A DNA stretch of 64,000 nt, taken from the IMG/VR virus record IMGVR_UViG_3300021087_000674; one strand, written 5' to 3'. The notes under the pieces were generated by a model. The model saw nothing but the letters and a program-made list of their open reading frames with translations, was not told where the DNA came from and searched no databases. Each line of letters starts with the position of its first letter. Position 1 is the first letter of the stretch. Of the stretch, positions 48,767 to 58,847 are shown in pieces. The DNA is from an uncultured virus (IMG/VR IMGVR_UViG_3300021087_000674). Its lineage: Duplodnaviria > Heunggongvirae > Uroviricota > Caudoviricetes. The translations under genes and the position numbers were made by a program.

Positions 48767-49409
48767 ATTTGTTCCAACTCCTTGCTATTAAATCTGTAAA
48801 TTCTTTTCTTTTATTTCCTACGTGTATTTGAGCAATCATATGAATTCTATCTATCATAGAATTATTACTAACTTGATGATTTTTTAAAATGTTAACCATA
48901 TAAACTCTTCCGTCTTTAAACGGTACAGTACCATGATCCTGTAAATGCATAACACATTCCGATGGATGTTGTATAGCTACATTAATTGGTATAAGATAAT
49001 TCATTAAATCTTTAGGTATCATTGTTCCTGGATGATCATTATGATTAGACACACTTCCTCCCGGTCTCAATTTCATAAATCTTATCCTAGAATATTTTTC
49101 TGCAGGAAACTCATCCCAAAATTTTACAGTTTCAGGACATAATTTTTTTAATGTTGTCCATTTATAAGGAGCATTTAATTCATCTTCATGTCCATATTCT
49201 TTTGCTACTTGCGTTTTATTCACATCTAAACCATGCAAACAACAACTTTCCCAACCTTTATGATTTTCTCCTTCTCTGTGTTCTACATAATAAGGTTCTA
49301 CTTTAACTAATTCTTTTTCTATTTCAGGAAAACTTACATCTAATCGTAACCATCCCAGTTCACGATTTATAAATTTATTAATAATTTCTTGTGTTAATTG
49401 TTCAGACAT
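48756..49409 (-). CDS. AspH-like Fe(II)/2OG dioxygenase
   Basis: RIRFMKLRPGGSVSNHND...HQVSN...DRIHMI. Confidence 0.78.
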   Translation of the reverse strand: MSEQLTQEIINKFINRELGWLRLDVSFPEIEKELVKVEPYYVEHREGENHKGWESCCLHGLDVNKTQVAKEYGHEDELNAPYKWTTLKKLCPETVKFWDEFPAEKYSRIRFMKLRPGGSVSNHNDHPGTMIPKDLMNYLIPINVAIQHPSECVMHLQDHGTVPFKDGRVYMVNILKNHQVSNNSMIDRIHMIAQIHVGNKRKEFTDLIARSWNKYGI

Positions 49410-50013
49410 TCTTTTTTCCTATCACCATATACCTTTCATATTTAGGTAATTCTAATGTACCTGAATACAAAATATTAGTTAATGTACATTTCTTTTTAAA
49501 ATCTTCAATATTATCTACACAACTAATATGTTCTTTATGTTCTTTAAAATTATTACTTTGTAAAATTATTAATTTATCTTTAGGAATATTTTCCAACCAT
49601 TTATTATATTGATCCCATGACATATGCTCACACACTGTATTAATAATCATATCATAATCATTATAATTTTTAAAATCTATCATATCACAAGTATCTGCTT
49701 TAAATTTTCCATTAATTTCATAATGTTTATTCATATTAAGTGCAATAGGTTTACACCCTGGATCAATATCTATACTCCTAATTTTATTCACTTTAAAATT
49801 ACTATTGAACAATAGTGTAGCCATTACACCATACCAGCCGCCACATATAAGAACATTTGCGTTAATAGGTTTTATTATATCGTTAAGTTGTTCAATTAAC
49901 CAAACTTTACTAGATATTTGTCCTTTCCAAAAACTTTCTAACGTTTTATATTTGTCATCAGAGCCTCTGATAGCATCCATCCAGTACATCACATCTTTAA
50001 TATTGAGTTTCAA
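49402..50013 (-). CDS. class I SAM-dependent methyltransferase
   Basis: LICGGWYG, SIDID and INTVCEH motifs. Confidence 0.75.
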   Translation of the reverse strand: MKLNIKDVMYWMDAIRGSDDKYKTLESFWKGQISSKVWLIEQLNDIIKPINANVLICGGWYGVMATLLFNSNFKVNKIRSIDIDPGCKPIALNMNKHYEINGKFKADTCDMIDFKNYNDYDMIINTVCEHMSWDQYNKWLENIPKDKLIILQSNNFKEHKEHISCVDNIEDFKKKCTLTNILYSGTLELPKYERYMVIGKKNV

Positions 50014-50986
50014 ATTGTTCTCCTAATCTATCAAATTTTCCACATTGTTTTGAACATTCCATTAAAGGTTTATCTGTCCAAGTATCTTCTATCTTTCTAA
50101 AAAATTGCGAATCAAATATTTCTTTTAAAGATTTGTTATGCAAATTAGTAAATTCTCCTATTTGATCCATATAATCTACCCTTGAGTCTTGTGTAGGCAA
50201 TGTCCATTGCAAATCTAACCAACAACAAGGACTAACAGTACCATCTGCTGAAATATATATTTGACTATATTTTTTAGCTTTACAATCTATGACGCAAGAA
50301 GTTATTTTTGCTTCTTGCATTTTAGCTATCATTTCAAAACTTTTTTTACTTGGCTCCAATATATGCGTTGTCTTTCCTGAGTCGTCTATAGCATGAAATT
50401 TATCATTTTTAAATCTTGATGTATGTTTATAACTAAAAGATTTAAAACCTAATTCCTTGCTCATTTTTTGGCATTCTTCAACTTGGTGTTCATTATGTTT
50501 AAAAACCAACATATGCCATTTTGCAAAACCACCTGCTTTAATAAATGCTTTAGCATTTGTAATTATTTTTTTCCAGTCAGTAGAAACACGATACAGATGA
50601 TGAGTATCTGCCAAACCGTCTATGCCAAAAGTTATTTTTACTTTTTCTTTAGCTAACTCTTCCCACCAATTTATATCTCTAGCACTACCATTTGTGTGCA
50701 TAGCTAATCTAATTTTTGGATTAATACTTCTAATGTACTGATAAATTTCTAACGTATCCTGTGCAATTATAGGATCTCCTAAATTACCACACATGAATAA
50801 ACTATCTAGTTGAATTAAGAATTCTGTTGGGAACCATTTTTTAAATGTGTCTAAATTAATCTCTACAAGATGTATTAATGGATTTAAAGGACCTCCACCT
50901 ATTCTTCTAGGACACATAGGACATCTAGCTTGACATTTGCTAGTAATTTCTAAATGCACATCTTTTATTTCTGTATAATTATACAT
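49997..50986 (-). CDS. radical SAM/SPASM protein
   Basis: CQARCPMC, GNLGDP, HTNG, SPCC and CSKQC motifs. Confidence 0.9.
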   Translation of the reverse strand: MYNYTEIKDVHLEITSKCQARCPMCPRRIGGGPLNPLIHLVEINLDTFKKWFPTEFLIQLDSLFMCGNLGDPIIAQDTLEIYQYIRSINPKIRLAMHTNGSARDINWWEELAKEKVKITFGIDGLADTHHLYRVSTDWKKIITNAKAFIKAGGFAKWHMLVFKHNEHQVEECQKMSKELGFKSFSYKHTSRFKNDKFHAIDDSGKTTHILEPSKKSFEMIAKMQEAKITSCVIDCKAKKYSQIYISADGTVSPCCWLDLQWTLPTQDSRVDYMDQIGEFTNLHNKSLKEIFDSQFFRKIEDTWTDKPLMECSKQCGKFDRLGEQFETQY

Positions 50987-51170
50987 CTTCTTCCTTTGGT
51001 AATAAATCATCAAACTCTGTTTGTGTAATCATTTCTAATTCTACTGCGTCAGCACCTTCTTTATAATGTTGATCAACTTCTTCCTCTATCATTTTATATG
51101 GCAAACTATAATGCCATATTACTTCCTTTTTACCTTTTGTTACTATACATTTATAATTACAAAGTTCCAT
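50979..51170 (-). CDS. 63-aa hypothetical acidic protein
   Basis: Overlaps both flanking radical SAM genes, consistent with translational coupling. Confidence 0.6.
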   Translation of the reverse strand: MELCNYKCIVTKGKKEVIWHYSLPYKMIEEEVDQHYKEGADAVELEMITQTEFDDLLPKEEDV

Positions 51171-52149
51171 TTAAATTTTTTTCCTTTGGTATTTTCGAAT
51201 CAGCTGAACTTACACACGTCGGTGTTATACAAACTTGTGGTTTATCAAATAATTTAAAACCACCTTCTATAGTTCCTAACGGTTTGTCGTGACAACTGTA
51301 CCCTCTTTTAATTTCTCCTCCTGGCTCTCTTATTATGCAACTTTGATAGCCTGCATTACAACTCCAACCTTTAAATTTATTAAATCCAAATGCATTAAGT
51401 CTTTCTGCTTGGTCTATTTCATATTGTTTTCCTAAATTATCAAACAATATTAATTGTTTTGCTTCATGGTTCATTTCATTTTGTAATATATTAACTTGTT
51501 CTTCTGTATAACCATCTACAATATAACTTGCTGTAGTATCACTTTGAGGTTTAAGAGTAACGTGTAATCCTTTATCTTTAAATCTTTTACATCTATCAAA
51601 GTATTCATCCCATCTATCGGGCACCATAACTTGATTGATTGTTATTAACACACCTTGTTCTTGCAAAAATTTAAGTTTATTTCCAAAGTCTTCTTCATTA
51701 GAAAATTCTGCATGGTAACTTGCTGTAATACCTCTCCGATCTAAAGGGTAAGTTGCATCCAACCAACGACTCCACCATTTAAGACCCGGACTACAATTAC
51801 TAGTCATATGAACACTAAGATATTCACTAGAAGGTTCAGCATAATATTCTAATAAATTTATTAACCCTTTGTATGCTGTAGGTTCTCCTCCACTAAAACT
51901 AAAATGAAATTTACTAAATCCATTTTCACCTGCTTGTTTTTTAATTTCTTTCATAGTACTTTGATATTGTTCTAATGGTCTATGATCTAAAACTTTACTT
52001 TTAGCATAAGGCCAACAATAGCTACAGTCATAATTACAAAATCTTCCAAGAATCCAACTAACAGAGAACACATTTTGTTCTAACATAGTTTTTTGTCCGA
52101 ATTTGACTATATCATTAAATGGTATATTATTTTGATAATCCACAAACAC
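51157..52149 (-). CDS. radical SAM protein with C-terminal Cys cluster
   Basis: CNYDCSYC, SGGEPT, CNAG...SC...CITPTC. Confidence 0.9.
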   Translation of the reverse strand: MFVDYQNNIPFNDIVKFGQKTMLEQNVFSVSWILGRFCNYDCSYCWPYAKSKVLDHRPLEQYQSTMKEIKKQAGENGFSKFHFSFSGGEPTAYKGLINLLEYYAEPSSEYLSVHMTSNCSPGLKWWSRWLDATYPLDRRGITASYHAEFSNEEDFGNKLKFLQEQGVLITINQVMVPDRWDEYFDRCKRFKDKGLHVTLKPQSDTTASYIVDGYTEEQVNILQNEMNHEAKQLILFDNLGKQYEIDQAERLNAFGFNKFKGWSCNAGYQSCIIREPGGEIKRGYSCHDKPLGTIEGGFKLFDKPQVCITPTCVSSADSKIPKEKNLNGTL

Positions 52150-52834
52150 TATCCTTCATTTTATATTTGTAATATTCTTTTAACCACGTAAAATTATTAA
52201 TTAATTTTAATTTACTTGGTAAATCTTTACTTTCAGATCCGTATTCTTTTCCTGCTAACGCTCCTTTAATTGCATATGACCCAAACAGTTTATCTTTTCC
52301 AACGGTACACCAAACATCTAATCTACTATCTGTTTCTTTATCATCACCTCTATCAATTACTTTACTACTTAATTTTACACACTCTCTAAATGCCGATTTA
52401 AAAGTATTAAACGCATTTGTATTGAATACGCTAATATTAGAAACTTGTTCCATTGCTCTAAATCTGTTACTAATACTAGTTGTCATATCTGTAGTATCTT
52501 CTTTCATTTCTAATGTTAATCTACGAGGTAAAAGTTTTACACCACCGTACCCATATTCTAAATTATTAATTGGATTTTTACTTCTCCAGACGTGTACTAC
52601 ATTTTCATTTCTTTTTTCAGGCATAAAATCAAAATTAAAATCATCTAATACTTTAGCATCACCATCAACGACCCAAAACATTTTTGTCAAACATTTACTT
52701 GCGGCTGTTTTATGTGCTTTATGAATTCCTTGTACACCATCTACCCGTTGAACTACAGGAAATCTTTTATATAATTCATTAAAGTGCTTGTCAGCATTAA
52801 CTTCTTTATAGCTTATAAAAACAATATCATACAT
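52127..52834 (-). CDS. GT-A glycosyltransferase-like protein
   Basis: FISYKE, GIHKAH, WVVDGD (DxD) and YGYGGVKL motifs. Confidence 0.7.
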   Translation of the reverse strand: MYDIVFISYKEVNADKHFNELYKRFPVVQRVDGVQGIHKAHKTAASKCLTKMFWVVDGDAKVLDDFNFDFMPEKRNENVVHVWRSKNPINNLEYGYGGVKLLPRRLTLEMKEDTTDMTTSISNRFRAMEQVSNISVFNTNAFNTFKSAFRECVKLSSKVIDRGDDKETDSRLDVWCTVGKDKLFGSYAIKGALAGKEYGSESKDLPSKLKLINNFTWLKEYYKYKMKDSVCGLSK

Positions 52835-53781
52835 TATATGGTCCTTTTCTTAAAAATTCTTGGGCTATTCATATAAACAGATTTAAAAAACTTACTTTGT
52901 TCTGTAGACAAAGGTAATACAGGTAAATCTATTTCTTCTCTATTTCTAATTTCGTGTCCTAATTTTATTATTTCAGCCATTATTTCTACTTCATTTAACT
53001 TAGAATGTTTAGGCCTTTTTGCTTCTAAACTATCTCCACTTCCCATTTTGTTTGGTTGCCATTCAGATAAAAGATATTCAAAATCTCTTACTAAATTTAT
53101 ATCCCAATCAGTACAAACAACTTTATGACAGCCCATTCTTGCTCCATATATTGACCATAGACCGTTTTCTACATCTGCTCCTACCGACATCCACACTAAT
53201 AATCTATGATAATTTTGCCACCACAAAGTTTTTAGTTTTGATGCTCTAGCATTTCTATCAATGCTCATTTTTACTCCTTCTCTAAAACCTGATCTCCAGG
53301 CTTGTAAAGGACTAGCATTAATATAACTTGTAGAATAATTTTCGTTAAACTGATAATAATTAGGGAAATGACAAAACTCTACTGAATTTTTATCTTTGCC
53401 ATCATGATTTTCATGAGTTTTCATATTTTTAACAAAATCTTTTGTCCACAATTTTAAACTACCATTACCATATTTTAATCCATTTAAATCAATGTTACCA
53501 CACCAGCTAAACATATATGTATTATCTACGCCTAATGCTTTTAAATCTATTTCAACATCTAGAAAATCTTTATCTACAATAGTATCACCATCTATTGTAA
53601 CAAATCTTTCTACTTCAGATATATCTGCACACGCTTTATGGGCCGCATCTAATCCTGTTACACCTTGAACTCGTTTAGCCCAAGGAAATTTTTTCTTAAG
53701 ATCCGCATAATTCCTTTCAGCATTAGGTTCGTCATAACTTAAAAATACTAAATCACAATCTTGAATTTTAATTCTATCCAT
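52834..53781 (-). CDS. GT-A glycosyltransferase-like protein (paralog of 52127-52834)
   Basis: FLSYDEP, AAHKAC, TIDGD, YGNGSLK and GFREGVK motifs. Confidence 0.7.
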   Translation of the reverse strand: MDRIKIQDCDLVFLSYDEPNAERNYADLKKKFPWAKRVQGVTGLDAAHKACADISEVERFVTIDGDTIVDKDFLDVEIDLKALGVDNTYMFSWCGNIDLNGLKYGNGSLKLWTKDFVKNMKTHENHDGKDKNSVEFCHFPNYYQFNENYSTSYINASPLQAWRSGFREGVKMSIDRNARASKLKTLWWQNYHRLLVWMSVGADVENGLWSIYGARMGCHKVVCTDWDINLVRDFEYLLSEWQPNKMGSGDSLEAKRPKHSKLNEVEIMAEIIKLGHEIRNREEIDLPVLPLSTEQSKFFKSVYMNSPRIFKKRTI

Positions 53782-54373
53782 TAACTACCTCATAACTATA
53801 ATCATAAAGTTTCCGACAATATAAAGAAGGAATATTATTACTTTTATGCTCCATTGTAAGTGTTTTTTGTTTAATTAAATTGTTTAAACTTACAGGTAAT
53901 ACATAATCTAATATATTAGCATCATCTTTTTTAGTAACATAAAAATTTAAAATTATATTTTTTGACATATCTAACGTATTTTCTATTTCTTGTCCTAAAT
54001 TATCATTAATTTTAATATTCCATTGCTTATTTTTCATATCTAATTTAAATGAAATTTTATCATCTATATTATTAGAGTCTATTTTATATACATTTCTATT
54101 TTCTGCTTTTTTAGGTGACGAAATTTCATACTCTATTCCATCCATTTCTGTTTTAGACTTAACAATATATTTTCCATCTTGTAAAATTACTACATATTGA
54201 GATAAATTTTTTAACCCAATAGCAATATCGTGTCCTAAAGACTCTGATATTTCTACAGAGTTTCCTTTCTTAGTTACACTACAATTAAGAACTTGCCCGG
54301 TATCTTTATTAAAACTAAAATACCATTTTTGTTTTTGTATAATAGGTCTAAATGTTAAATCAGTTCTTTGCAT
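53774..54373 (-). CDS. hypothetical protein
   Basis: ORF in the same operon. Confidence 0.7.
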   Translation of the reverse strand: MQRTDLTFRPIIQKQKWYFSFNKDTGQVLNCSVTKKGNSVEISESLGHDIAIGLKNLSQYVVILQDGKYIVKSKTEMDGIEYEISSPKKAENRNVYKIDSNNIDDKISFKLDMKNKQWNIKINDNLGQEIENTLDMSKNIILNFYVTKKDDANILDYVLPVSLNNLIKQKTLTMEHKSNNIPSLYCRKLYDYSYEVVNG

Positions 54374-55203
54374 TTGTTCTCCAACTTATTAAATAGTTCA
54401 TTTGTTAAAAATCCAGGATCTACATAATGAAATATTCCATTCTGTTTATAATTTCCTATTTTTAAATTGCAATCATCATCAAAATAAGAGTTTACATAAG
54501 ACATCCAAGCATTAGTTTTATGTTTCCAATTTTGTATATGTGGCTTCATATGTGTAAATGTTAAAAAATTTACTTTAGAAGTTATATTATTAGCATTATT
54601 AATTAAATGACTTGCTATTGCTACAGATAAATCCATACTACACCATCTTTGCGTATTCATAGGGGTAAATCTTTTATAATATATTTCATAATTTTTTATT
54701 ATATGTTCAACCAAAGCAAAAAAATTAAAATTATTTTTTGTTTTTTTAAAATAATGCATACCACAATACAAATTCGGTAAATTATTCTTCGTAAATGCTT
54801 TTCTATAAAAGTCTGATACTGCAAATTTGTTTTTATATGTTTTTACTTGCGATGTAAAATACAAATCAAAGTTATCTAAAAATTTCCACCAATGGTCTAT
54901 GTTTTCTAAGACCAGCATATCAGCATCAAGTACTATTGTTTCATCATACGGTGATGCATTATAAATTTTACATCTATTTTCTACTTTCCATATGCTTTCT
55001 TCTGCATAATCATCACCTGGTATACCTATAATGCTATTAAAACACTTTTTTAAATTATTAGGTACATTAATATTGGTCATTAAACATACATTTGCATTTT
55101 TATTATGTAATTTTATACTCATAGACAATGCAACTGCTTGTTTAAAGTAATCAGTACTTTTATTTGACTGTACAAAAATAAGATACCCTTTATTTTTTAT
55201 CAT
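54355..55203 (-). CDS. GT-A glycosyltransferase (GT8-like)
   Basis: ALSMSIK, SPYDETIVLDADML and HYV motifs. Confidence 0.72.
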   Translation of the reverse strand: MIKNKGYLIFVQSNKSTDYFKQAVALSMSIKLHNKNANVCLMTNINVPNNLKKCFNSIIGIPGDDYAEESIWKVENRCKIYNASPYDETIVLDADMLVLENIDHWWKFLDNFDLYFTSQVKTYKNKFAVSDFYRKAFTKNNLPNLYCGMHYFKKTKNNFNFFALVEHIIKNYEIYYKRFTPMNTQRWCSMDLSVAIASHLINNANNITSKVNFLTFTHMKPHIQNWKHKTNAWMSYVNSYFDDDCNLKIGNYKQNGIFHYVDPGFLTNELFNKLENKCKELI

Positions 55204-56044
55204 AATCCTCTTTTATCCAACGATCATACATTATTGCACGATTTAATGCTAACTTGTTCATAATATGTAGGCTCATACCATTAACGGTACAAGGGTAATA
55301 TTTTTTAGTGTCAATTGATAACATTAATTCCCAGTTTCCATCAAAATGTACAATATCATCTCTATCTGTTATGTAATATAGCTTACTTGGTAAGTTCATA
55401 GGCCAATTAGTTTCTTGAAAATCATTAAACATATGAATAGCAATACTAAAAGAATGATCATTTCTATAATTTTGTCCTATTATTTGATATGTGAACCTGT
55501 AAAATGACCAATTGTTTTTAATGTGTTTAATTAATTCAAAGAAAGTTTTCATTTTTTCTGTCTTTTTAAAATAAAATACAGTAGCCCAGTACATAGGAAT
55601 ACTAGAATCACTAACATCTATATCAGTTAAATCATCTCTGTGCTGATAGTTAATATATTCCGCATCTTTGTTAATTAAAAAGTCTGCATTTGATTGAAAA
55701 CATTTTAAAAGATTATCATTACCTACAATATAATCTGTATCCATAACAATAGTTTCATCATACGGTGTTAAATCATAACAATCAGGTCTTGAAAAGTTAT
55801 GCCATAATGCATTGTATTTGTTTGTAGAACCGTCTAGGAATGATTTAGTTTGATGTGTATTAATATTTTTAATAGAAATAATTTTGTCAAACAAGGAAAT
55901 TTTGTCCGGAGGCACTGTATTCGATGTTACCAAACTTACTGGTATGTTTAAATGTTTTTTAATTTGTTCACAACAAAAGATTGCTTGTGATACATAATCT
56001 ATTAAATTATTATTATGAGCAAATAGTAATATACCTTTAGTCAT
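55190..56044 (-). CDS. GT-A glycosyltransferase (paralog of 54355-55203)
   Basis: TPYDETIVMDTDY, RNDHSFS and HIMNK motifs. Confidence 0.7.
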   Translation of the reverse strand: MTKGILLFAHNNNLIDYVSQAIFCCEQIKKHLNIPVSLVTSNTVPPDKISLFDKIISIKNINTHQTKSFLDGSTNKYNALWHNFSRPDCYDLTPYDETIVMDTDYIVGNDNLLKCFQSNADFLINKDAEYINYQHRDDLTDIDVSDSSIPMYWATVFYFKKTEKMKTFFELIKHIKNNWSFYRFTYQIIGQNYRNDHSFSIAIHMFNDFQETNWPMNLPSKLYYITDRDDIVHFDGNWELMLSIDTKKYYPCTVNGMSLHIMNKLALNRAIMYDRWIKEDYDKK

Positions 56045-56384
56045 CTTTTAATATTTCCCCTTTTGACTTTTTTAACTTATTGTATTCTAGCCAATAAGAA
56101 TTAAGATTTCTTTGATATAAATCGGAAATATTGTCAAAAAAGTCCTGTATTTTATCTACTTTAACAGGAATTTTATAATCATCTAATATAATAACATCTT
56201 TGTCTTTGTTTAAATCTAATAGCCCCTTACAATAATTGATTAATGCCACATTAACCGTAAATTGATGACCTTCATGGAAATGGATATTAGAATCCACAAA
56301 CTTTTCTTTCAGAATTCTAGTTTGGTTATTGTGGACTTTTAATCTATCCGCAAGTCGCAAGGCTTTTTGTTGTATTTCTTCCAT
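56037..56384 (-). CDS. hypothetical protein
   Basis: First ORF downstream of the minus-strand promoter. Confidence 0.7.
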   Translation of the reverse strand: MEEIQQKALRLADRLKVHNNQTRILKEKFVDSNIHFHEGHQFTVNVALINYCKGLLDLNKDKDVIILDDYKIPVKVDKIQDFFDNISDLYQRNLNSYWLEYNKLKKSKGEILKDD

Positions 56385-56399
56385 ACGTTTTCTATTGCG

Positions 56400-56428
56400 A
56401 TTATAACAGGATTTGTGAATTTAATCAA
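56400..56428 (-). promoter_or_regulatory. sigma70-type promoter driving the GT/radical SAM operon
   Basis: Minus strand TTGATT-17 nt-TATAAT with TG extension. Confidence 0.75.
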
Positions 56429-56442
56429 GTTGGAATTTGGTA

Positions 56443-57330
56443 TTATAGAGTGCTAGTTCCGTCAATTGCAAAAGCCGGTGCAGTACCAATTACGTCAGTT
56501 TGTGCCAAACCATAATCAATTGTTGCAGTAGCATTACTAACATCTTCATCAATATTACCAGTAGCTTCATCTGAATATGTCATTGTAAACCAAATTTTAT
56601 TAGTTCCATCTAATTTGGCTTCAATTTTAAAGTCATTTGCAGAATATGATCCACCTCCAGCATCTATTGCCGAAAATATATCTTGGTACGATGCTGTTAT
56701 TTGATAATTTCCTAACGCAGTTGCTACCGTTCCTATTGGATTACCAGAAGTTTGTGTTGTGCCATTGGCACCAAAAGCTATAGTACCACAACTTGACAAC
56801 ATAGTATTCCAATCATTATCTTTTGTACTACCTGTGTTCACAACTCCAGTTATTCTTACTGTACCTCCTGAGTTAAAAAAATATCTTCTAGCATTTTCAT
56901 CAGTAAATGTAACAGTAAAAACGTGTATAATTGTTCCATTCCAACTAGAACTTCTAGTTTTAGAAGACGCTGAACTGTTTACTGCTATTTGATTTACGTG
57001 AGCTGTTAGTCTGTTTGTTGCAATGTTTGATGCTAAGGCTTCGTATTGATCCCACCCTTTATAATTTGTTGCATCATCATCTGTAATTAAATCTGAAGAA
57101 GAAACTTCTTGAAGTTGCCCTGTTGTAGGGTCACCGCCATTTTGATGTTTATAACATTTTCTAACATCTTCGTAAATGTTATTAATATGAAGTGCTTGGA
57201 CTAAATTACCTGTTGATACAGAAGAACTAGTTAAACTTTGTCCGTAACCAGAATCGCCTGTTCCTGTTGATAAAACAGAAAACACGCTTTGTCTTAAATT
57301 ATTGTATCTTTCAGCTGTTACTAGTGCCAT
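56443..57330 (-). CDS. putative virion structural (tail-associated) protein
   Basis: Ser/Thr/Gly-rich, GYGQ and ARRYFFNSGG motifs; TAAATA box (57347-57352) and SD AAGGA upstream. Confidence 0.6.
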   Translation of the reverse strand: MALVTAERYNNLRQSVFSVLSTGTGDSGYGQSLTSSSVSTGNLVQALHINNIYEDVRKCYKHQNGGDPTTGQLQEVSSSDLITDDDATNYKGWDQYEALASNIATNRLTAHVNQIAVNSSASSKTRSSSWNGTIIHVFTVTFTDENARRYFFNSGGTVRITGVVNTGSTKDNDWNTMLSSCGTIAFGANGTTQTSGNPIGTVATALGNYQITASYQDIFSAIDAGGGSYSANDFKIEAKLDGTNKIWFTMTYSDEATGNIDEDVSNATATIDYGLAQTDVIGTAPAFAIDGTSTL

Positions 57331-57349
57331 TTGTATTCCTTTGAATTAT

Positions 57350-58828
57350 TTACACTTTTAAAACGCACTGGACTAGTTTTTCTGATGTCTCTTGATTGGT
57401 TTCTAAAGCAATTCCTACCATATTACCAGCCGCCCAATTCCATTTACCAATTCCTACCCCATTTTCGAAAGAATAAACTTTATTTCCTTTTTGGACTGCG
57501 CCTAAAACTCTAACAGGTACTTTACCAACAAAAGCAACAGGTTGTCCTGTGCCTTCACTATTCATTAAGTATGCAGGATTTTCGGAAATAACCCCTATTG
57601 GGCTCGACCCTTCAGTCGTTCCGTCTGCTGTTACTTCTTTTTCTCCACCTACTCTTACAATTGTACCTATTTCATACTCTTGATCAGTTTCATATACCTC
57701 AGCCAAGTCAGCATAACTGGCATTAGTTGCTGTACCTACAAAATATCTTGCAGTAATATCTGCATTGGCATCTCTAAGAGCTGTTGTATTTGCTACTTGA
57801 GTTATTGCACCCGGATATGTTGAAGGACCAAAGTAAACTCCTGTTGCCGAATCGGCATTTCCTTTGAAACTTGTTGCGTGAACTTCATACCATTTGTCAG
57901 CGGCATCCCCTAGGTTTCTATTTCCAGTTCCTGGATTAATACCTGTAGTCGTTACTTCTGCAATTGTAGTAACTTGTCCACTAACATTTACTTTTAAATC
58001 TATTTTTGATCCTACTTCATTTGAAATTGTAGCTTCATTACCATTTAAAATTGATACTCTAAGATCATTACTATCACCGACTGTAAAACCTGCATCTACA
58101 AAAGATGCAATTCCACTAAAAGTTGTTGTTCCTGCACCTGTAGTTAGATAATCGCTGGCAAGTTTTCCACCTAATCTTAAAGAGTTAGATGCACTACCCC
58201 AGAAATAATGATCTGTTGATGTAGTACCGTTTGTAGCGTCTTTTGTGTCTACAAGAGTAATTCCTTTTCTAATTTTATCAAAACCTGTAATTAAATTATT
58301 TGGATCTGAAGTACCTAGTGTAAATTCTGTTTGACTTATAGCAATTATTGTTTTGTCATTAACAACACCTTCTATAATTAAATGATTTGCGTTTAATGTA
58401 TCTTTAACAGTTCTACTTTTGAACTGAGTAACAACTGATCCTACACCTTGTGGACCTACTAAAACAAATCCTGCTCCGTTCCAAGCATATAATTGATCAT
58501 TTCCAGTATCCCACCAAAAATCTCCAGTAGTTAAACCTGTAGGAGCTGAGGCATCTACTTCTGCTCCACCTGTTGTTCTAAATTTTGTACCATCATAAAA
58601 CTTTAATTTGCTATTTGCACTATCAAACCATAGTTGTCCACTAACAGCTTTTGAAGGTGAAGTTGCTCCTGAGAAGTTTTCCAACATATGTAAAAAATTC
58701 TCATTTTGAATTTCACCGTATCCAGCGTAGTTTTTACCTATAAATCTGATGTCTGTAGTCTGATCTATAGTACCATCTGCTACAGTTGTAAGTAAAGTTC
58801 CGTCGTATTTGTTAACTAAATATGCCAT
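57350..58828 (-). CDS. tail fibre protein with C-terminal intramolecular chaperone (Peptidase G2-like)
   Basis: Shared N-domain (GKNYAGYGEIQNENF...GQLWFD); ADLAE...IGVISENPAYLMN...GKVPVRV. Confidence 0.75.
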   Translation of the reverse strand: MAYLVNKYDGTLLTTVADGTIDQTTDIRFIGKNYAGYGEIQNENFLHMLENFSGATSPSKAVSGQLWFDSANSKLKFYDGTKFRTTGGAEVDASAPTGLTTGDFWWDTGNDQLYAWNGAGFVLVGPQGVGSVVTQFKSRTVKDTLNANHLIIEGVVNDKTIIAISQTEFTLGTSDPNNLITGFDKIRKGITLVDTKDATNGTTSTDHYFWGSASNSLRLGGKLASDYLTTGAGTTTFSGIASFVDAGFTVGDSNDLRVSILNGNEATISNEVGSKIDLKVNVSGQVTTIAEVTTTGINPGTGNRNLGDAADKWYEVHATSFKGNADSATGVYFGPSTYPGAITQVANTTALRDANADITARYFVGTATNASYADLAEVYETDQEYEIGTIVRVGGEKEVTADGTTEGSSPIGVISENPAYLMNSEGTGQPVAFVGKVPVRVLGAVQKGNKVYSFENGVGIGKWNWAAGNMVGIALETNQETSEKLVQCVLKV

Positions 58829-58847
58829 TTTAAATATTTATCCTTTT

